Translations under genes and position numbers: made by a program
In this document: positions 53,569 through 63,762 of the stretch, piece after piece
How the letters are laid out: every line of letters begins with the position of its first letter
Position numbering within the stretch: position 1 is the stretch's first letter
Origin: an uncultured bacterium
Lineage (GTDB): Bacteria; Patescibacteriota; Minisyncoccia; UBA6257; GWB1-50-10
Assembly (NCBI GenBank): GCA_963722655.1
Contig: CAVRNT010000001.1
Location: forward strand, 313,808 to 377,807
Direction: 5' to 3'
DNA length: 64,000 nt
The notes under the pieces: generated by a model
Told to the model about the DNA's origin: nothing
Database searches by the model: none
The model's input: the letters and a program-made list of their open reading frames with translations, nothing else

Positions 53569-55389
53569 ATGAAAAAACTCATCAAATTCATCGGCGCGCA
53601 CAAAGTGATCGCCGTCATCCTCCTCCTCATCATCGTTTACGGCGGCTATCGGCTGTACGCCTCGCTCACTTCGACGGCGGGCGTGACGAGCTACGTGCTT
53701 GCTTCGGCGACGAAGGGGACGATCGTCTCCACGGTCTCGGGGAGCGGGCAGGTGGCGACGACCCAGCAAGTGAACGTGACGCCCCAAGTCTCGGCCCAAG
53801 TGACCGCCATTCTCGTCCAGAACGGCCAAACGGTTAAAGCAGGCCAGGTGATCGCCCGTTTGGACGCGACCAACCAGATCAAAGCGGTGGATAGCGCTCA
53901 GGCCTCGCTCCAAAACGCCCAAATCTCGCTCGAAAAGCTCCAAGCCCCGCCGACGACATCGACGATCGCGCAAGCGCAATACAGCTTGCTCCAGGCTCAG
54001 CAATCCATTCAGAACTCCTCGACGACGCTCTCCAAGGATTATTTGAACGCCGGCAACTCCATTGCGAGCGCTTATAACGATTTTCCCGGCGTCATTTCCG
54101 GCTTGGGTGACGTTCTTTACGGCAATGAAGCTAGCTCAAAACAGCAGAACGTCTACGCTTACCACGACCTGGCCCTGCCGTATTCCGAATCCGTCGACCA
54201 GTTCAGCCAAAGCGCCGTCACGAGCTACGTGAGCGCGCTCGCAAGCTATAACCAAAGTTTCCTTGATTACAAGAATCAGCTGGACCCCTCGGCCACCTCC
54301 TCCATCGAGTCGATGCTCACCGAGACCTACGGAGCCGCCCAAGCCATCAAGCAGGCCGTGGTCAACGTCAAGAATTTCATGGACTTCGTGAACAGCACCC
54401 TCCAGAGCCAGGGCAACGGCGGTGGTTCTACGAGCGGCTATGCCAAGCAGCTGCCGGCCGTTTTCGCAACCCAGGAAACGAACCTGGCGGCCTACCTGAC
54501 GACTGTGAGCGGCGACGTTTCTGGGATACTCACCTATGAGAACACGCTTGCTTCGGACAAGAGTTCCATCCTGGCGGCGCAGCAGAATCTCGTTACTCAG
54601 CAAGCCTCTTACGCGGAAATGGAAGCCGGCCCGAACCCGCTGGACGTCCAGTCCGGCCAATTGGCGATCGAGCAAGCTCAAAATAACCTAACCGACGCGC
54701 AGAATACTTTGGCAGATTACACGATCCGCGCGCCTTTCGACGGCATAGTCGCGAGCGTCGGCGTTTCGGTGGGGGACAATGCTTCGGGGGGGACGACGAT
54801 CGCGACGCTCATTACCCAGCAGCAATATGCCGAGATTCCTTTGAACGAGGTGGACGCCGCGAAGGTCGCGGTCGGACAAAAGGCGACCTTGACCTTCGAC
54901 GCTCTGCCGAACCTCACGATCGCCGGCCACGTGACGGAGATCGACACGATCGGCACAGTCTCTCAGGGAGTTGTGACCTACAACGCCCAAGTGGCGCTCG
55001 ACACGCAGAATTCCGGCATCAAGCCGGGGATGTCGGTTTCGGCGGACATCGCGACAAACGTGGCGACGGACGCGCTTGATGTGCCGAACGCGGCCGTGAA
55101 ATCCCAAAATCAGACCTATTACGTTCAATACGTGGCTTCCAGCTCCATCGCGCAGACGCTGCCGGATGGAAGTGTGGTCTTGAACGCCGCGCCCGAAACG
55201 AGGACTGTCACCGTCGGCATCGCAGACGATACGAACACCCAAATATTGAGCGGTTTGAACGAAGGTGACCAAGTTGTCCTGCGGACCGTTGCGCCGTCCG
55301 TCGGGACGACCCAAGCGGCCGCGCCCTCAGGTGGGGGCTTGGGCGGCCTGGGCGGCGGTGCCAGCCGCGTTTTCCGCATCGGCGGTTAG
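53569..55389 (+). CDS. efflux transporter periplasmic adaptor subunit (HlyD/MacA-type membrane fusion protein)
   Basis: N-terminal TM, a long Q/A-rich coiled-coil hairpin, and lipoyl/beta-barrel segments (DYTIRAPFDGIVASVGVSVGD). Followed by an ABC ATPase and an FtsX permease. Confidence 0.75.
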   Translation: MKKLIKFIGAHKVIAVILLLIIVYGGYRLYASLTSTAGVTSYVLASATKGTIVSTVSGSGQVATTQQVNVTPQVSAQVTAILVQNGQTVKAGQVIARLDATNQIKAVDSAQASLQNAQISLEKLQAPPTTSTIAQAQYSLLQAQQSIQNSSTTLSKDYLNAGNSIASAYNDFPGVISGLGDVLYGNEASSKQQNVYAYHDLALPYSESVDQFSQSAVTSYVSALASYNQSFLDYKNQLDPSATSSIESMLTETYGAAQAIKQAVVNVKNFMDFVNSTLQSQGNGGGSTSGYAKQLPAVFATQETNLAAYLTTVSGDVSGILTYENTLASDKSSILAAQQNLVTQQASYAEMEAGPNPLDVQSGQLAIEQAQNNLTDAQNTLADYTIRAPFDGIVASVGVSVGDNASGGTTIATLITQQQYAEIPLNEVDAAKVAVGQKATLTFDALPNLTIAGHVTEIDTIGTVSQGVVTYNAQVALDTQNSGIKPGMSVSADIATNVATDALDVPNAAVKSQNQTYYVQYVASSSIAQTLPDGSVVLNAAPETRTVTVGIADDTNTQILSGLNEGDQVVLRTVAPSVGTTQAAAPSGGGLGGLGGGASRVFRIGG

Positions 55390-55396
55390 CATTTCA

Positions 55397-56122
55397 ATGA
55401 TAGAATGCCGGAACATCAAAAAGACCTACGTCTCTGGCGGGGAAGCGACGACCCAAGCGCTTAGAGGCGTCACCTTTTCCATTAAGGACGGCGAGTTCAT
55501 CGCCATTATGGGCCCTTCGGGCTCGGGCAAGTCCACCCTGATGCATATTCTGGGCGCTTTGGACACGCCGACCTCCGGGGAGTATCTGATCGATGGCCGC
55601 AACATCGCCTCGTTTTCGGACGACGAATTGGCCGACATCCGCCGTGAGAAGATCGGTTTCGTCTTCCAGGCCTTCAATCTTTTGCCGCGGGCGACGGTCC
55701 TCCGGAACGTAATGCTCCCAATGCTCTATGACGGCATTCCCGAGCACGAACGGCAAAAGCGCGCCGTGAAGGCCCTCAAGGCCGCCGGCATGGACGAGGA
55801 ACATTTCAACCACCTTTCGAACCAGATCTCGGGCGGGCAGATGCAGCGCGTTGCCATCGCCCGGGCGCTCGTGAACGATCCAGCGATCATCCTCGCCGAC
55901 GAGCCGACCGGCAATTTGGACACGGCGACGGGCGAAATAGTTCTGGAAACCTTCCAAGAATTGAACGAGAAGGAGGGGCGGACGATCGTCCTCATCACGC
56001 ACGAACATGACGTCGCCGAGTACGCGGCCCGCATCATCCACATCAAAGACGGTCTCATAGAGGAGGACAGTTCTCGCCACGTGCGTCGCCGGGCGAGCGC
56101 CCACCATCATCACGAAGCATGA
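55397..56122 (+). CDS. ABC transporter ATP-binding protein (MacB/LolD-type)
   Basis: Walker A GPSGSGKST, ABC signature LSGGQMQRVAIARAL, Walker B ILADEPTGNLD, and an H-loop. ATG 55397; the tracked ORF starts at 55265, inside the adaptor gene. Confidence 0.9.
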   Translation: MIECRNIKKTYVSGGEATTQALRGVTFSIKDGEFIAIMGPSGSGKSTLMHILGALDTPTSGEYLIDGRNIASFSDDELADIRREKIGFVFQAFNLLPRATVLRNVMLPMLYDGIPEHERQKRAVKALKAAGMDEEHFNHLSNQISGGQMQRVAIARALVNDPAIILADEPTGNLDTATGEIVLETFQELNEKEGRTIVLITHEHDVAEYAARIIHIKDGLIEEDSSRHVRRRASAHHHHEA

Positions 56123-57342
56123 AATTCAACGACCTTTTCGAGGAGACGTATCTTGCCCTTTCCGTGAACAAGGCCCGGTCCGGCCTCACTATTTTAGGCA
56201 TTGTGATCGGCATCGGTTCGGTGATCGCAATGGTCTCGGTGGGCGCCGGCGCCCAGGGTTCTATCGAATCCAGTATTCAGGCCATCGGCTCCGACCTCCT
56301 GTTTATCTCCCCCGGTTCCACCCGCGGCGTGGGCCAACAGGTCCGGGGCGGTTTCGGCAGCGCGACGACATTGACCTTGGATGACGCGAATGCGATCGCT
56401 TCGCAAGTCCAAAATATCGCCGCCGTCGCGCCGGAGGACGACGCGCGCGAGCAGGTGATTTACGAGTCGCAGAACACCAACACCCAGATCACTGGCACGG
56501 AACCAGACTACACCCAAGTACGGAACGTTCAAATCGCTGAAGGCAGTTTTTTGAGCGACGCGGACATTCAGGGATTAAATAAAGTAGCTGTCTTGGGCCC
56601 CACGGCCGTGAGCGACCTCTTTGCGACCGGCACCGATCCGATCGGAGCGACGATCCGCATCAAGAACATCAACTTTAAGGTCATCGGCGTCACAGTTTCG
56701 AAGGGGGGTAGCGGCTTCGGCAGCCAGGACGACGCAATTTACGTCCCGCTCACGGTCGCCCAGCGTTTCCTCACGGGCCACAATTACGTGACGACGGTGA
56801 GCGTGGAGGTGGCGACATCCCAAGCGATGACCCAGGCCCAAACTGACATAACGAACCTTCTCCTTCAGAGGCACAACATCTCCGACCCGACCCAGGCCGA
56901 CTTCCAGGTCTTGAACCAGGCGGACATATTGCAGACTGCCTCCTCCGTGACCGGCACCTTCACGACGCTCCTCGCGGCCATCGCCGGCATCTCGCTCCTT
57001 GTGGGCGGCATCGGCATTATGAACATGATGCTCACGACCGTCACGGAGCGCACGCGCGAGATCGGCCTCCGAAAGGCGATTGGCGCGAAGCGAAAAGACA
57101 TCAGCGCCCAGTTCCTGATGGAGGCGGTGATGCTTACAGTCGTAGGCGGCGTTTTAGGCGTCTTTCTTGGGTATCTCATATCGCTCATCATCACGAGCTT
57201 CGCCGGTATCACGACGAACGTTTCCTTCGAATCGGTCATCCTCGCCTTCGGCGTTTCGGCCGTGATCGGCATCGTCTTCGGCTACTATCCCTCCCGCCGC
57301 GCGGCCGGACTCAATCCCATAGAAGCTTTGAGATATGAATAA
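56119..57342 (+). CDS. ABC transporter permease (MacB/FtsX family)
   Basis: N-terminal TM, a large periplasmic domain, and a C-terminal FtsX 3-TM bundle. Confidence 0.88.
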   Translation: MKFNDLFEETYLALSVNKARSGLTILGIVIGIGSVIAMVSVGAGAQGSIESSIQAIGSDLLFISPGSTRGVGQQVRGGFGSATTLTLDDANAIASQVQNIAAVAPEDDAREQVIYESQNTNTQITGTEPDYTQVRNVQIAEGSFLSDADIQGLNKVAVLGPTAVSDLFATGTDPIGATIRIKNINFKVIGVTVSKGGSGFGSQDDAIYVPLTVAQRFLTGHNYVTTVSVEVATSQAMTQAQTDITNLLLQRHNISDPTQADFQVLNQADILQTASSVTGTFTTLLAAIAGISLLVGGIGIMNMMLTTVTERTREIGLRKAIGAKRKDISAQFLMEAVMLTVVGGVLGVFLGYLISLIITSFAGITTNVSFESVILAFGVSAVIGIVFGYYPSRRAAGLNPIEALRYE

Positions 57343-57365
57343 AGGTCGTCACAACGAACAATAAA

Positions 57366-57812
57366 ATGAAGAAACACATAGTTATAACCATCGTCGTAGC
57401 GGTTGTCGTGGGCGTAGGCGCCTTCTTCGGCGGGATGGCCGTCGGGAGATCGTCCTCGGCCGCCAACCTGCGCGGACAGTTCGCCGCTTTCCGGAACGGC
57501 ACGAGCACCGGTTTCACGAGGAACGGCGGGCAGGGCGCCGGGCTCTTGACCGGGAGCGTGATCGCGAAGGATGCCCAGAGTATCACGATCCAGGACCGGA
57601 CCGGCAGTTCGCACATCGTCTTCTACGCGACCTCGACCCAGGTCTCCAAACCGACGCCGGTTACGATCGGCGACTTGAACGTCGGCGACAACGTGACGGT
57701 CACGGGCACGTCCAATTCGGACGGCAGTTTGACCGCCCAGACGATCGATGTTCGCGGCAACCAGCCGCCCACGGGCGGGACCCAAGCCCCGATGATGCCG
57801 GCCGGGCAATAG
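57366..57812 (+). CDS. membrane-anchored secreted protein of unknown function
   Basis: Signal anchor, then a G/T/S-rich beta-like domain. A terminator follows. Confidence 0.55.
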   Translation: MKKHIVITIVVAVVVGVGAFFGGMAVGRSSSAANLRGQFAAFRNGTSTGFTRNGGQGAGLLTGSVIAKDAQSITIQDRTGSSHIVFYATSTQVSKPTPVTIGDLNVGDNVTVTGTSNSDGSLTAQTIDVRGNQPPTGGTQAPMMPAGQ

Positions 57813-57824
57813 CTTCGTGAACTG

Positions 57825-57848
57825 AAACTCCCCGAAAGGGGAGTTTTT
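57825..57848 (+). terminator. rho-independent terminator
   Basis: AAACTCCCC-GAAA-GGGGAGTTT followed by TTGATT. Confidence 0.75.
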
Positions 57849-58028
57849 GATTATCCACAGGATGTGAACGGCTAACGTTGACGCGCCGTAAAGACGGGTT
57901 TAGCATACCTACGTATAAAAGGCCGAGGGAGGGGAAAGAAAAGACCTAGAATAACCTCTTAGAGAACAATGTCCGTGGGTGCAAAAAATCGGTTTCGTCG
58001 ACCGGTAACCCGCGGATGAAACAAACAA

Positions 58029-60521
58029 ATGAAAACAATCAAATATAGTGGTGGCAATGTCACCAAAGTCGTAATGTTCGCGGCCGCAACCTTTCTAGTG
58101 TGCGGTTTTTTGTTTCTTGGTAACGTCGCGAAGGCAGATGCTGATCTCATTCTTACGGTTCAATCAACTGCAACCATCATTCAATCTTCTGCTTTGGTCC
58201 CTGAAACAAATGGCTTACCTAGCGGTGGCAATGCTACCGTTGATAACGCAGTCGCGGGTCTTACGCCGATCCCAGTGACCCTGGAGAATACCAGCAACAC
58301 CGACTATACTAATGTCCGCATTAGCCCGATTGGCGCTAATTCGCACCTCCAGCTTTGGGCAAAAGATTCACTTGGGAATTGGTACGACACTAATATCACT
58401 GGTTGGGGACCCGTGGGAGGATTTCCAGTGCCAGCCGGATTTAGCACCACCACTGACGTTTACGCGATTTCCGATGTAGCAAACTCATACGCCTTAACTG
58501 TAAATTTGATAGATGCTGGCAATTCAACGGTTATCGCGACTTCAACGGGGATAATTACCGTGAATGCGCCGCCCACACTGACCTCTGCCACTATTACCAG
58601 CGATGGTTCACCCATTGGCGATCTTACCGGTGCCACGCTTATAACAAATAATTCCGGCTCTTGCGGTGGCAGCGGTGCAGGTTTTTGCCATGTCTTGAAT
58701 GCTAGTAGCGTAGTGGTGACCAATGGCCCTTTGTCAGCACAGGATTATGGATTTGTCTTGCAAGCCTCTTCCACGCAACAAGCTGCCCTCAAATCTTACT
58801 TTGGCGCGAAAGAAGGATGGTCATCGGATATGCTAACTCAAATCGACAGCGAAATTAACGGTACTTCTTCTTTCTTCTATCTTGTTTCCGATGGTAGCGG
58901 AAACTACAGCTTGGCTGACGGATTCCAGAAAGCATTGGAGGCAGACGACCAGCCGTTAGTCATTGACGACACTTATCCTCCCGGAGTTTACACGTACACG
59001 AGCGTAGATGCGGTTGGTGCCAACCCGGTGACCGTGACTTTGACGGTCAAGAGGACGCTGACCGTAACAGGCATAACGGCAAACGATAAGGTATACGATG
59101 GGACCACGGAGGCCACACTCAACACCGCTGGCGCAACGCTTGTGGGCGTTAGTAGCGAAGACGATGTTAGTCTTAACACCTCAACTGCTGTCAGTACCTT
59201 TGATACAAAGGATATTGGCACCGGAAAAACAGTGACCGTTTCCGGTCTGGCTCTTGGCGGCGATGACGCGGGCAACTATTCTCTTACCCAGCCGACGGCG
59301 ACGGCAGATATAACACCGGTTGTGCTTGCCATCGCGGCTGATTCCAAAACCAAGAACTACGGAGATACTGATCCGGTCTTAACCTACGCGATAACGTCTG
59401 GCTCATTGGTTGGCGGGGATACGCTCGCGGGCGCGCTTGCCCGCGATGCGGGCGAAAACCCCGGCACCTATGCTATCAATCAGGGCGCGCTTTCCGCCGG
59501 GAGCAATTACAGCATCACGTTTATCACAGGTACGCTGACGATTCGCAATTCTCTTCCGTTGACGACCGCGCCAAATTCCGACGGGTCGCTATCGGCTACC
59601 ATGACTGGTGAAGTAGCGGCATCCACAAACGCCAACGGGATTGACATTACCGTTGACATCCCAGCAGGAACGGGGATAACCGGACCTTCGTCATGGAATA
59701 GTACACTCACACTTCCCGGAGTCACCACGAACTACGTGGCGCCGACGCCTGACTCTGGCTATACTGCTTCAGCTATTGAAGCGATTGAAATCGGAGCAGG
59801 CGATACGCCGCTTAGCTTGAGTAACCCGGTCAAACTCACATTCGTGGGACAGGCGGGCAACTACGTCGGCTGGTCGCAGGCGGGCGTGTTCCATCCAATA
59901 ACGGCCGTATGCGATTCAGCAAGCGCGCCCACCCTAACCGATGGCGCAGACTGCAAGATAAACAACGGTTCTGATCTGATCGTCTGGACGAAGCACTTCA
60001 CCGTCTTCACTACATACACGCAGTCGCCCATTCTAGTTCCTACTCTACTGGGCGGCGGCGGGGGATATATCCCGACGGCAGCGCCGGTAGTTCCGACAGC
60101 CACTCCGGTGACAACGGCTCCGACCGGCCAGGTCTTGGGCGTTTCGACCTTCCGGTTCACACAGACGCTTAACATCGGCTCGCAAGGTGATGAGGTGACT
60201 CAACTCCAGAATAAGCTGACCACCGAAGGCATCTACTCCGGTCCGATTACCGGCTACTTCGGTCCGCTGACTCAAGCCGCCGTGAAGGCCTTCCAAGCGA
60301 AATACGGTATCTCTCAAACTGGGACTGTAGGTCCGCTCACGAGGGGCCAGCTGAACAGTTTAGTGGCAACTGCGCAGCCTTCGGCCGGTCAGGTTTTAGG
60401 CGCCTCAACGAACGCCGCAACGCAGGCGCAGATAACCGTGATTAAGACACAGCTAACCTCCCTGATTCAGCAGGTTCTGACGCTTCTCCAGGCACAGTTA
60501 AATCAGGCAACTGGCCATTAG
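58029..60521 (+). CDS. large secreted cell-surface protein with YDG/MBG-like repeats and a C-terminal peptidoglycan-binding domain
   Basis: Signal peptide (FAAATFLVCGFLFLGNVAKADA). Repeated ...TVT..TANDKVYDGTT.A...LVG... segments. C-terminal LNIGSQGDEVTQLQNKL...GYFGPLTQAAVKAFQAKYGISQTGTVGPLT matches the PG_binding_1 pattern. The gene is AT-rich relative to its neighbours. Confidence 0.7.
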   Translation: MKTIKYSGGNVTKVVMFAAATFLVCGFLFLGNVAKADADLILTVQSTATIIQSSALVPETNGLPSGGNATVDNAVAGLTPIPVTLENTSNTDYTNVRISPIGANSHLQLWAKDSLGNWYDTNITGWGPVGGFPVPAGFSTTTDVYAISDVANSYALTVNLIDAGNSTVIATSTGIITVNAPPTLTSATITSDGSPIGDLTGATLITNNSGSCGGSGAGFCHVLNASSVVVTNGPLSAQDYGFVLQASSTQQAALKSYFGAKEGWSSDMLTQIDSEINGTSSFFYLVSDGSGNYSLADGFQKALEADDQPLVIDDTYPPGVYTYTSVDAVGANPVTVTLTVKRTLTVTGITANDKVYDGTTEATLNTAGATLVGVSSEDDVSLNTSTAVSTFDTKDIGTGKTVTVSGLALGGDDAGNYSLTQPTATADITPVVLAIAADSKTKNYGDTDPVLTYAITSGSLVGGDTLAGALARDAGENPGTYAINQGALSAGSNYSITFITGTLTIRNSLPLTTAPNSDGSLSATMTGEVAASTNANGIDITVDIPAGTGITGPSSWNSTLTLPGVTTNYVAPTPDSGYTASAIEAIEIGAGDTPLSLSNPVKLTFVGQAGNYVGWSQAGVFHPITAVCDSASAPTLTDGADCKINNGSDLIVWTKHFTVFTTYTQSPILVPTLLGGGGGYIPTAAPVVPTATPVTTAPTGQVLGVSTFRFTQTLNIGSQGDEVTQLQNKLTTEGIYSGPITGYFGPLTQAAVKAFQAKYGISQTGTVGPLTRGQLNSLVATAQPSAGQVLGASTNAATQAQITVIKTQLTSLIQQVLTLLQAQLNQATGH

Positions 60522-60544
60522 CGGCTTGAAAAAGGCCTGATGCC

Positions 60545-60575
60545 AAGAACGCCCCTAAAGGGGGCGTTCTTTTTG
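60545..60575 (+). terminator. rho-independent terminator
   Basis: AAGAACGCCCC-TAAA-GGGGGCGTTCTT followed by TTTTG. Confidence 0.8.
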
Positions 60576-60608
60576 ACGGATTTCGGGTTTAGTGATATAA
60601 TTGAAAAA

Positions 60609-61544
60609 ATGTTAGGGAGATCTTTCAAGAAATACTTCATTCCGCACGAGGGGAACGACCACAGACCCCATTTTTTGAGGTCAAAAAGTTTCGTCGTCAT
60701 CCTTTTCCTGATCCTTTTCGTGGAAGTGGTTTATGTCTCCCAGGTTCTTTTCCTTTTCCCGAACGCCGGCTTTCTCGCCTCTATCCTGCCGTCCGTCCTC
60801 GTCGCCGACACGAATGCTGGAAGAACGGCCAATGAACTTCAGCCGCTTCAAGCCAACGACCTCTTGGAAGAGGCCGCCCAGCTCAAGGCCGACGACATGG
60901 CCGCAAAGGGTTACTTTTCCCACGTGAGCCCCAACGGCGAGACGCCGTGGTACTGGTTGGATAAGGTCGGTTACGACTATGAATATGCCGGGGAGAATCT
61001 GGCGGTTAACTTCACTGATTCGCAGGATGTCATTAACGCTTGGATGAACTCGCCGGAGCACCGGGCCAATATTTTGAACGGTATTTTTTCGCAGATTGGC
61101 ATCGCCGCCGCGAGCGGGACATATGAAGGGAAAACGGCGATCTTTGTGGTCCAATTCTTCGGCCGACCGGCCCCGGTCGTCGCGCAGGCACCGGTTATGC
61201 CGAGTAAGACCGTTGCCGTCGCGCCGATCGCACCGTCTACATCATCCGCTTCAACTGCGACAGTACCGGCGGTCAAAGGCGAGATGATAGCACTCCAACC
61301 GGTGGTCACGGCCAGCCAGCCGTCCTTGGCCGTGGAGATCGCATCCCAGCCGCACTCGCTGACCAACTATTTTTACATTACGCTTTTGGCTCTGACCGGC
61401 TTGGCTCTCGTCCTGACCGTGTTCGTTAAGATAAAGATTCAACACCCGCAGCTCATCGTGAACGGTCTCACGATCATCTTCCTCATCACTCTCACCCTGC
61501 TCGTCAATAATTTCATCGCCGTTTATCAGGCAAGTATTCTCTGA
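60609..61544 (+). CDS. CAP/SCP/PR-1-like domain protein with C-terminal membrane anchor(s)
   Basis: GYFSHVSPNGETPWYWLDKVGYDYEYAGENLA...AWMNSPEHRANIL is the CAP domain core. Two C-terminal hydrophobic segments. The tracked ORF starts at 60540, inside the terminator. Confidence 0.7.
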   Translation: MLGRSFKKYFIPHEGNDHRPHFLRSKSFVVILFLILFVEVVYVSQVLFLFPNAGFLASILPSVLVADTNAGRTANELQPLQANDLLEEAAQLKADDMAAKGYFSHVSPNGETPWYWLDKVGYDYEYAGENLAVNFTDSQDVINAWMNSPEHRANILNGIFSQIGIAAASGTYEGKTAIFVVQFFGRPAPVVAQAPVMPSKTVAVAPIAPSTSSASTATVPAVKGEMIALQPVVTASQPSLAVEIASQPHSLTNYFYITLLALTGLALVLTVFVKIKIQHPQLIVNGLTIIFLITLTLLVNNFIAVYQASIL

Positions 61545-61561
61545 AGTCCCACGAAACCCGT

Positions 61562-62530
61562 ATGAAGTTTGAGCCTGGTTTTTGGGCGGAACTCAAGAAG
61601 CCCATTCTTGCGATGGCGCCGATGGCGAACGTCACGGATGCCGCTTTCCGCTGGATGTTCGCTGACCTCGGCCGGCCGGACGTCTTTTGGACAGAGTTCG
61701 TTTCCGTCGAGGGGCTGCTTTCGGCTGGAAAGGAGAAGCTCCTCGTCGACCTTTGGTACGACAAGCGGGAGCATCCCATCGTCGCCCAGGTCTTCGGCGG
61801 CAAGCCGGAGCAGTTTGAGCGCGTTGGCGCGCTCATCCGCGAACTCGGCTTCGACGGCTTGGACATCAATATGGGATGTCCGGACAAGAGCGTCGAAAGG
61901 TCAGGTGGGGGAGCGGCGCTCATCAAGGACCTAGAGCTGGCGAAAGAGATAATCCGGGCGGCGAAGCGTGGCGCGGGGAAGTTGCCGGTCTCCGTGAAGA
62001 CCCGCATCGGCTACAACAAGGACGAATCTGCGAAATGGCTGCCGGCCTTGCTTGAAGAAGGCATCGCGGCGCTCACGGTCCATCTGCGCACCCGGAAGGA
62101 GATGTCCGCCGTTCCGGCCCACTGGGAAATCGCGCCGTCCATCGTCTCAATGCGGAATCGCATCGCGCCGGAGACGCTTCTGATCGGAAACGGCGACATA
62201 GAAGCTCTCGATGAAGCCAAAACGCGCGCCAAGGAAGCCGGCTTCGACGGCGTGATGATCGGCCGGGGTGCTTTCGGCAACCCGTGGTTCTTCTCTGGGC
62301 GCAGGCCGGACGTTCGCGAACGGCTGGAGCGTTTAGTGATGCACGCCGAGCTTTTTGAAAAACTTTACAAAAGCGATTCGCCGGAACGTTTAAAAATCTT
62401 TGACATCATGAAGAAGCACTTCAAGGCCTACGTTTCCGGATTTGATAAGGCAAGGGAGTTGCGCGTGAAGCTTATGGAAGCGGGGAACGTTGCGGATGTC
62501 CGCCGGATCGTGAGCGAGTTCTTGCGTTGA
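61562..62530 (+). CDS. dus: tRNA-dihydrouridine synthase
   Basis: LAPMANVTDAAFR...DINMGCP...TVHLRT...GNGDI is the Dus TIM-barrel motif set. Confidence 0.85.
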   Translation: MKFEPGFWAELKKPILAMAPMANVTDAAFRWMFADLGRPDVFWTEFVSVEGLLSAGKEKLLVDLWYDKREHPIVAQVFGGKPEQFERVGALIRELGFDGLDINMGCPDKSVERSGGGAALIKDLELAKEIIRAAKRGAGKLPVSVKTRIGYNKDESAKWLPALLEEGIAALTVHLRTRKEMSAVPAHWEIAPSIVSMRNRIAPETLLIGNGDIEALDEAKTRAKEAGFDGVMIGRGAFGNPWFFSGRRPDVRERLERLVMHAELFEKLYKSDSPERLKIFDIMKKHFKAYVSGFDKARELRVKLMEAGNVADVRRIVSEFLR

Positions 62531-62567
62531 AAAAATGGATTCCCCGCACTACAATCAAGTTCAGTTT

Positions 62568-62652
62568 GGAGGGGTCGCATAGCGGTTTAGTGCACCATCT
62601 TGGAAAGGTGGCATGCCGAAAGGCATCGAGGGTTCGAATCCCTCCCCCTCCG
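62568..62652 (+). tRNA. tRNA-Ser (anticodon GGA)
   Basis: GGAGGGG-TC-GCA-TAGCGGTTTAGT-GCA-CCATC-TTGGAAA-GGTGG-CATGCCGAAAGGCATC-GAGGG-TTCGAAT-CCCTC-CCCCTCC-G. Long variable arm and discriminator G. Promoter TTGAAA-17-TACAAT lies upstream. Confidence 0.88.
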
Positions 62653-62751
62653 CAGTCTAGGCTCGAGTATCGGAAGACCTTTTTGTCTATCTTTTTAGTG
62701 CGACCGACACGCCCAACGATGATTTTTTAAAAGGGGGGTATAATTCAAAAC

Positions 62752-63762
62752 ATGGAGACTCCATTGACGGCTACCTCGGCAAAAGCAACCATACAACCAG
62801 GAAGGGTATTCAAAAGTATCGCTGACATCGATAAAGACACCGAGGAGTTTAAAAAAAAGATATTCGAAGCAACGGAGCAGCTTTCGAGTGCGCGGAATCA
62901 AACAACCTTGGATCATCCAGGCATGTTACTTGGAAAAATTCAGAGCGGTAAAACGCGTGCCTTCATACGTATTATTGGTTTAGCGTTCGACAACGAGTCT
63001 GATATTGCGGTTGTTTTGACTAAGGGTACCGTCGCATTAACCAACCAAACAGTGCGACGCCTCAATGAATCTTTCCGAACGGCCGTAGATAGGGATTGGG
63101 TTGAGGTCTGTGAAATAATGTCGCACCAAGGAGAATTTACACGTTATGAGCTTAAGAAAAAATTGATTATAGTCGCAAAAAAACAGAAGCAAAATCTCGA
63201 GCGCGTAATCGACCTTTTGACTCACAAACACCCAGAATTGAGCGAAAAACGTCTTTTGATAATCGATGATGAGGCAGATTATGCAAGCATTGGCTTTCGT
63301 AAATCAAAAAATGATGACGGAGAAGAAAAAATTGAAGCAACAAAAATCCCGACCCTCATCAACGAATTGAGGAGTCGCGTAAAGTCTTCGGATGTTTTAC
63401 AAGTTACGGCCACACCATATTCACTTTATCTTCAGCCGGGTAATTATAATCTGAGATCTTCGCCGGAATTTATTTTTAAACCGATTCGTCCTTTCTTCAC
63501 CACTGTATTGCCCACTTACCCCGGGTATATCGGGGGAAATTTTTACTTCGGCGAAAATGAGCACGGAGAACCCGTGGCTCCGTATGTCTACGAAGAAATA
63601 GATGAGCACGAGCTTGCGGACTTGAAGGCGAACCGCAAAACCGGCCATGCCGATGGAAGGTCCTTTCAATTATCGGAGATTTTAAACGTGCATAAAATTC
63701 CGATTCTCCGAAAAGCAATTCTTAACTTTATAGTTGGTTCCGCGATTCGTCGCGCACAGTAA
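62752..63762 (+). CDS. P-loop NTPase with DEAD-like Walker B (SF2-helicase/Z1-like), N-terminal part of an interrupted gene
   Basis: Walker A GKIQSGKT, Walker B LLIIDDEAD, and a QVTATP motif-III-like segment. AT-rich. The ORF ends at an in-frame TAA, and the same frame stays open to the window end. Confidence 0.55.
   Translation: METPLTATSAKATIQPGRVFKSIADIDKDTEEFKKKIFEATEQLSSARNQTTLDHPGMLLGKIQSGKTRAFIRIIGLAFDNESDIAVVLTKGTVALTNQTVRRLNESFRTAVDRDWVEVCEIMSHQGEFTRYELKKKLIIVAKKQKQNLERVIDLLTHKHPELSEKRLLIIDDEADYASIGFRKSKNDDGEEKIEATKIPTLINELRSRVKSSDVLQVTATPYSLYLQPGNYNLRSSPEFIFKPIRPFFTTVLPTYPGYIGGNFYFGENEHGEPVAPYVYEEIDEHELADLKANRKTGHADGRSFQLSEILNVHKIPILRKAILNFIVGSAIRRAQ

Noticed and set aside
60540-60608. 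Tracked start of the CAP-protein ORF at 60540
   Set aside because: It lies inside the terminator hairpin of the upstream gene. ATG 60609 is the plausible start.
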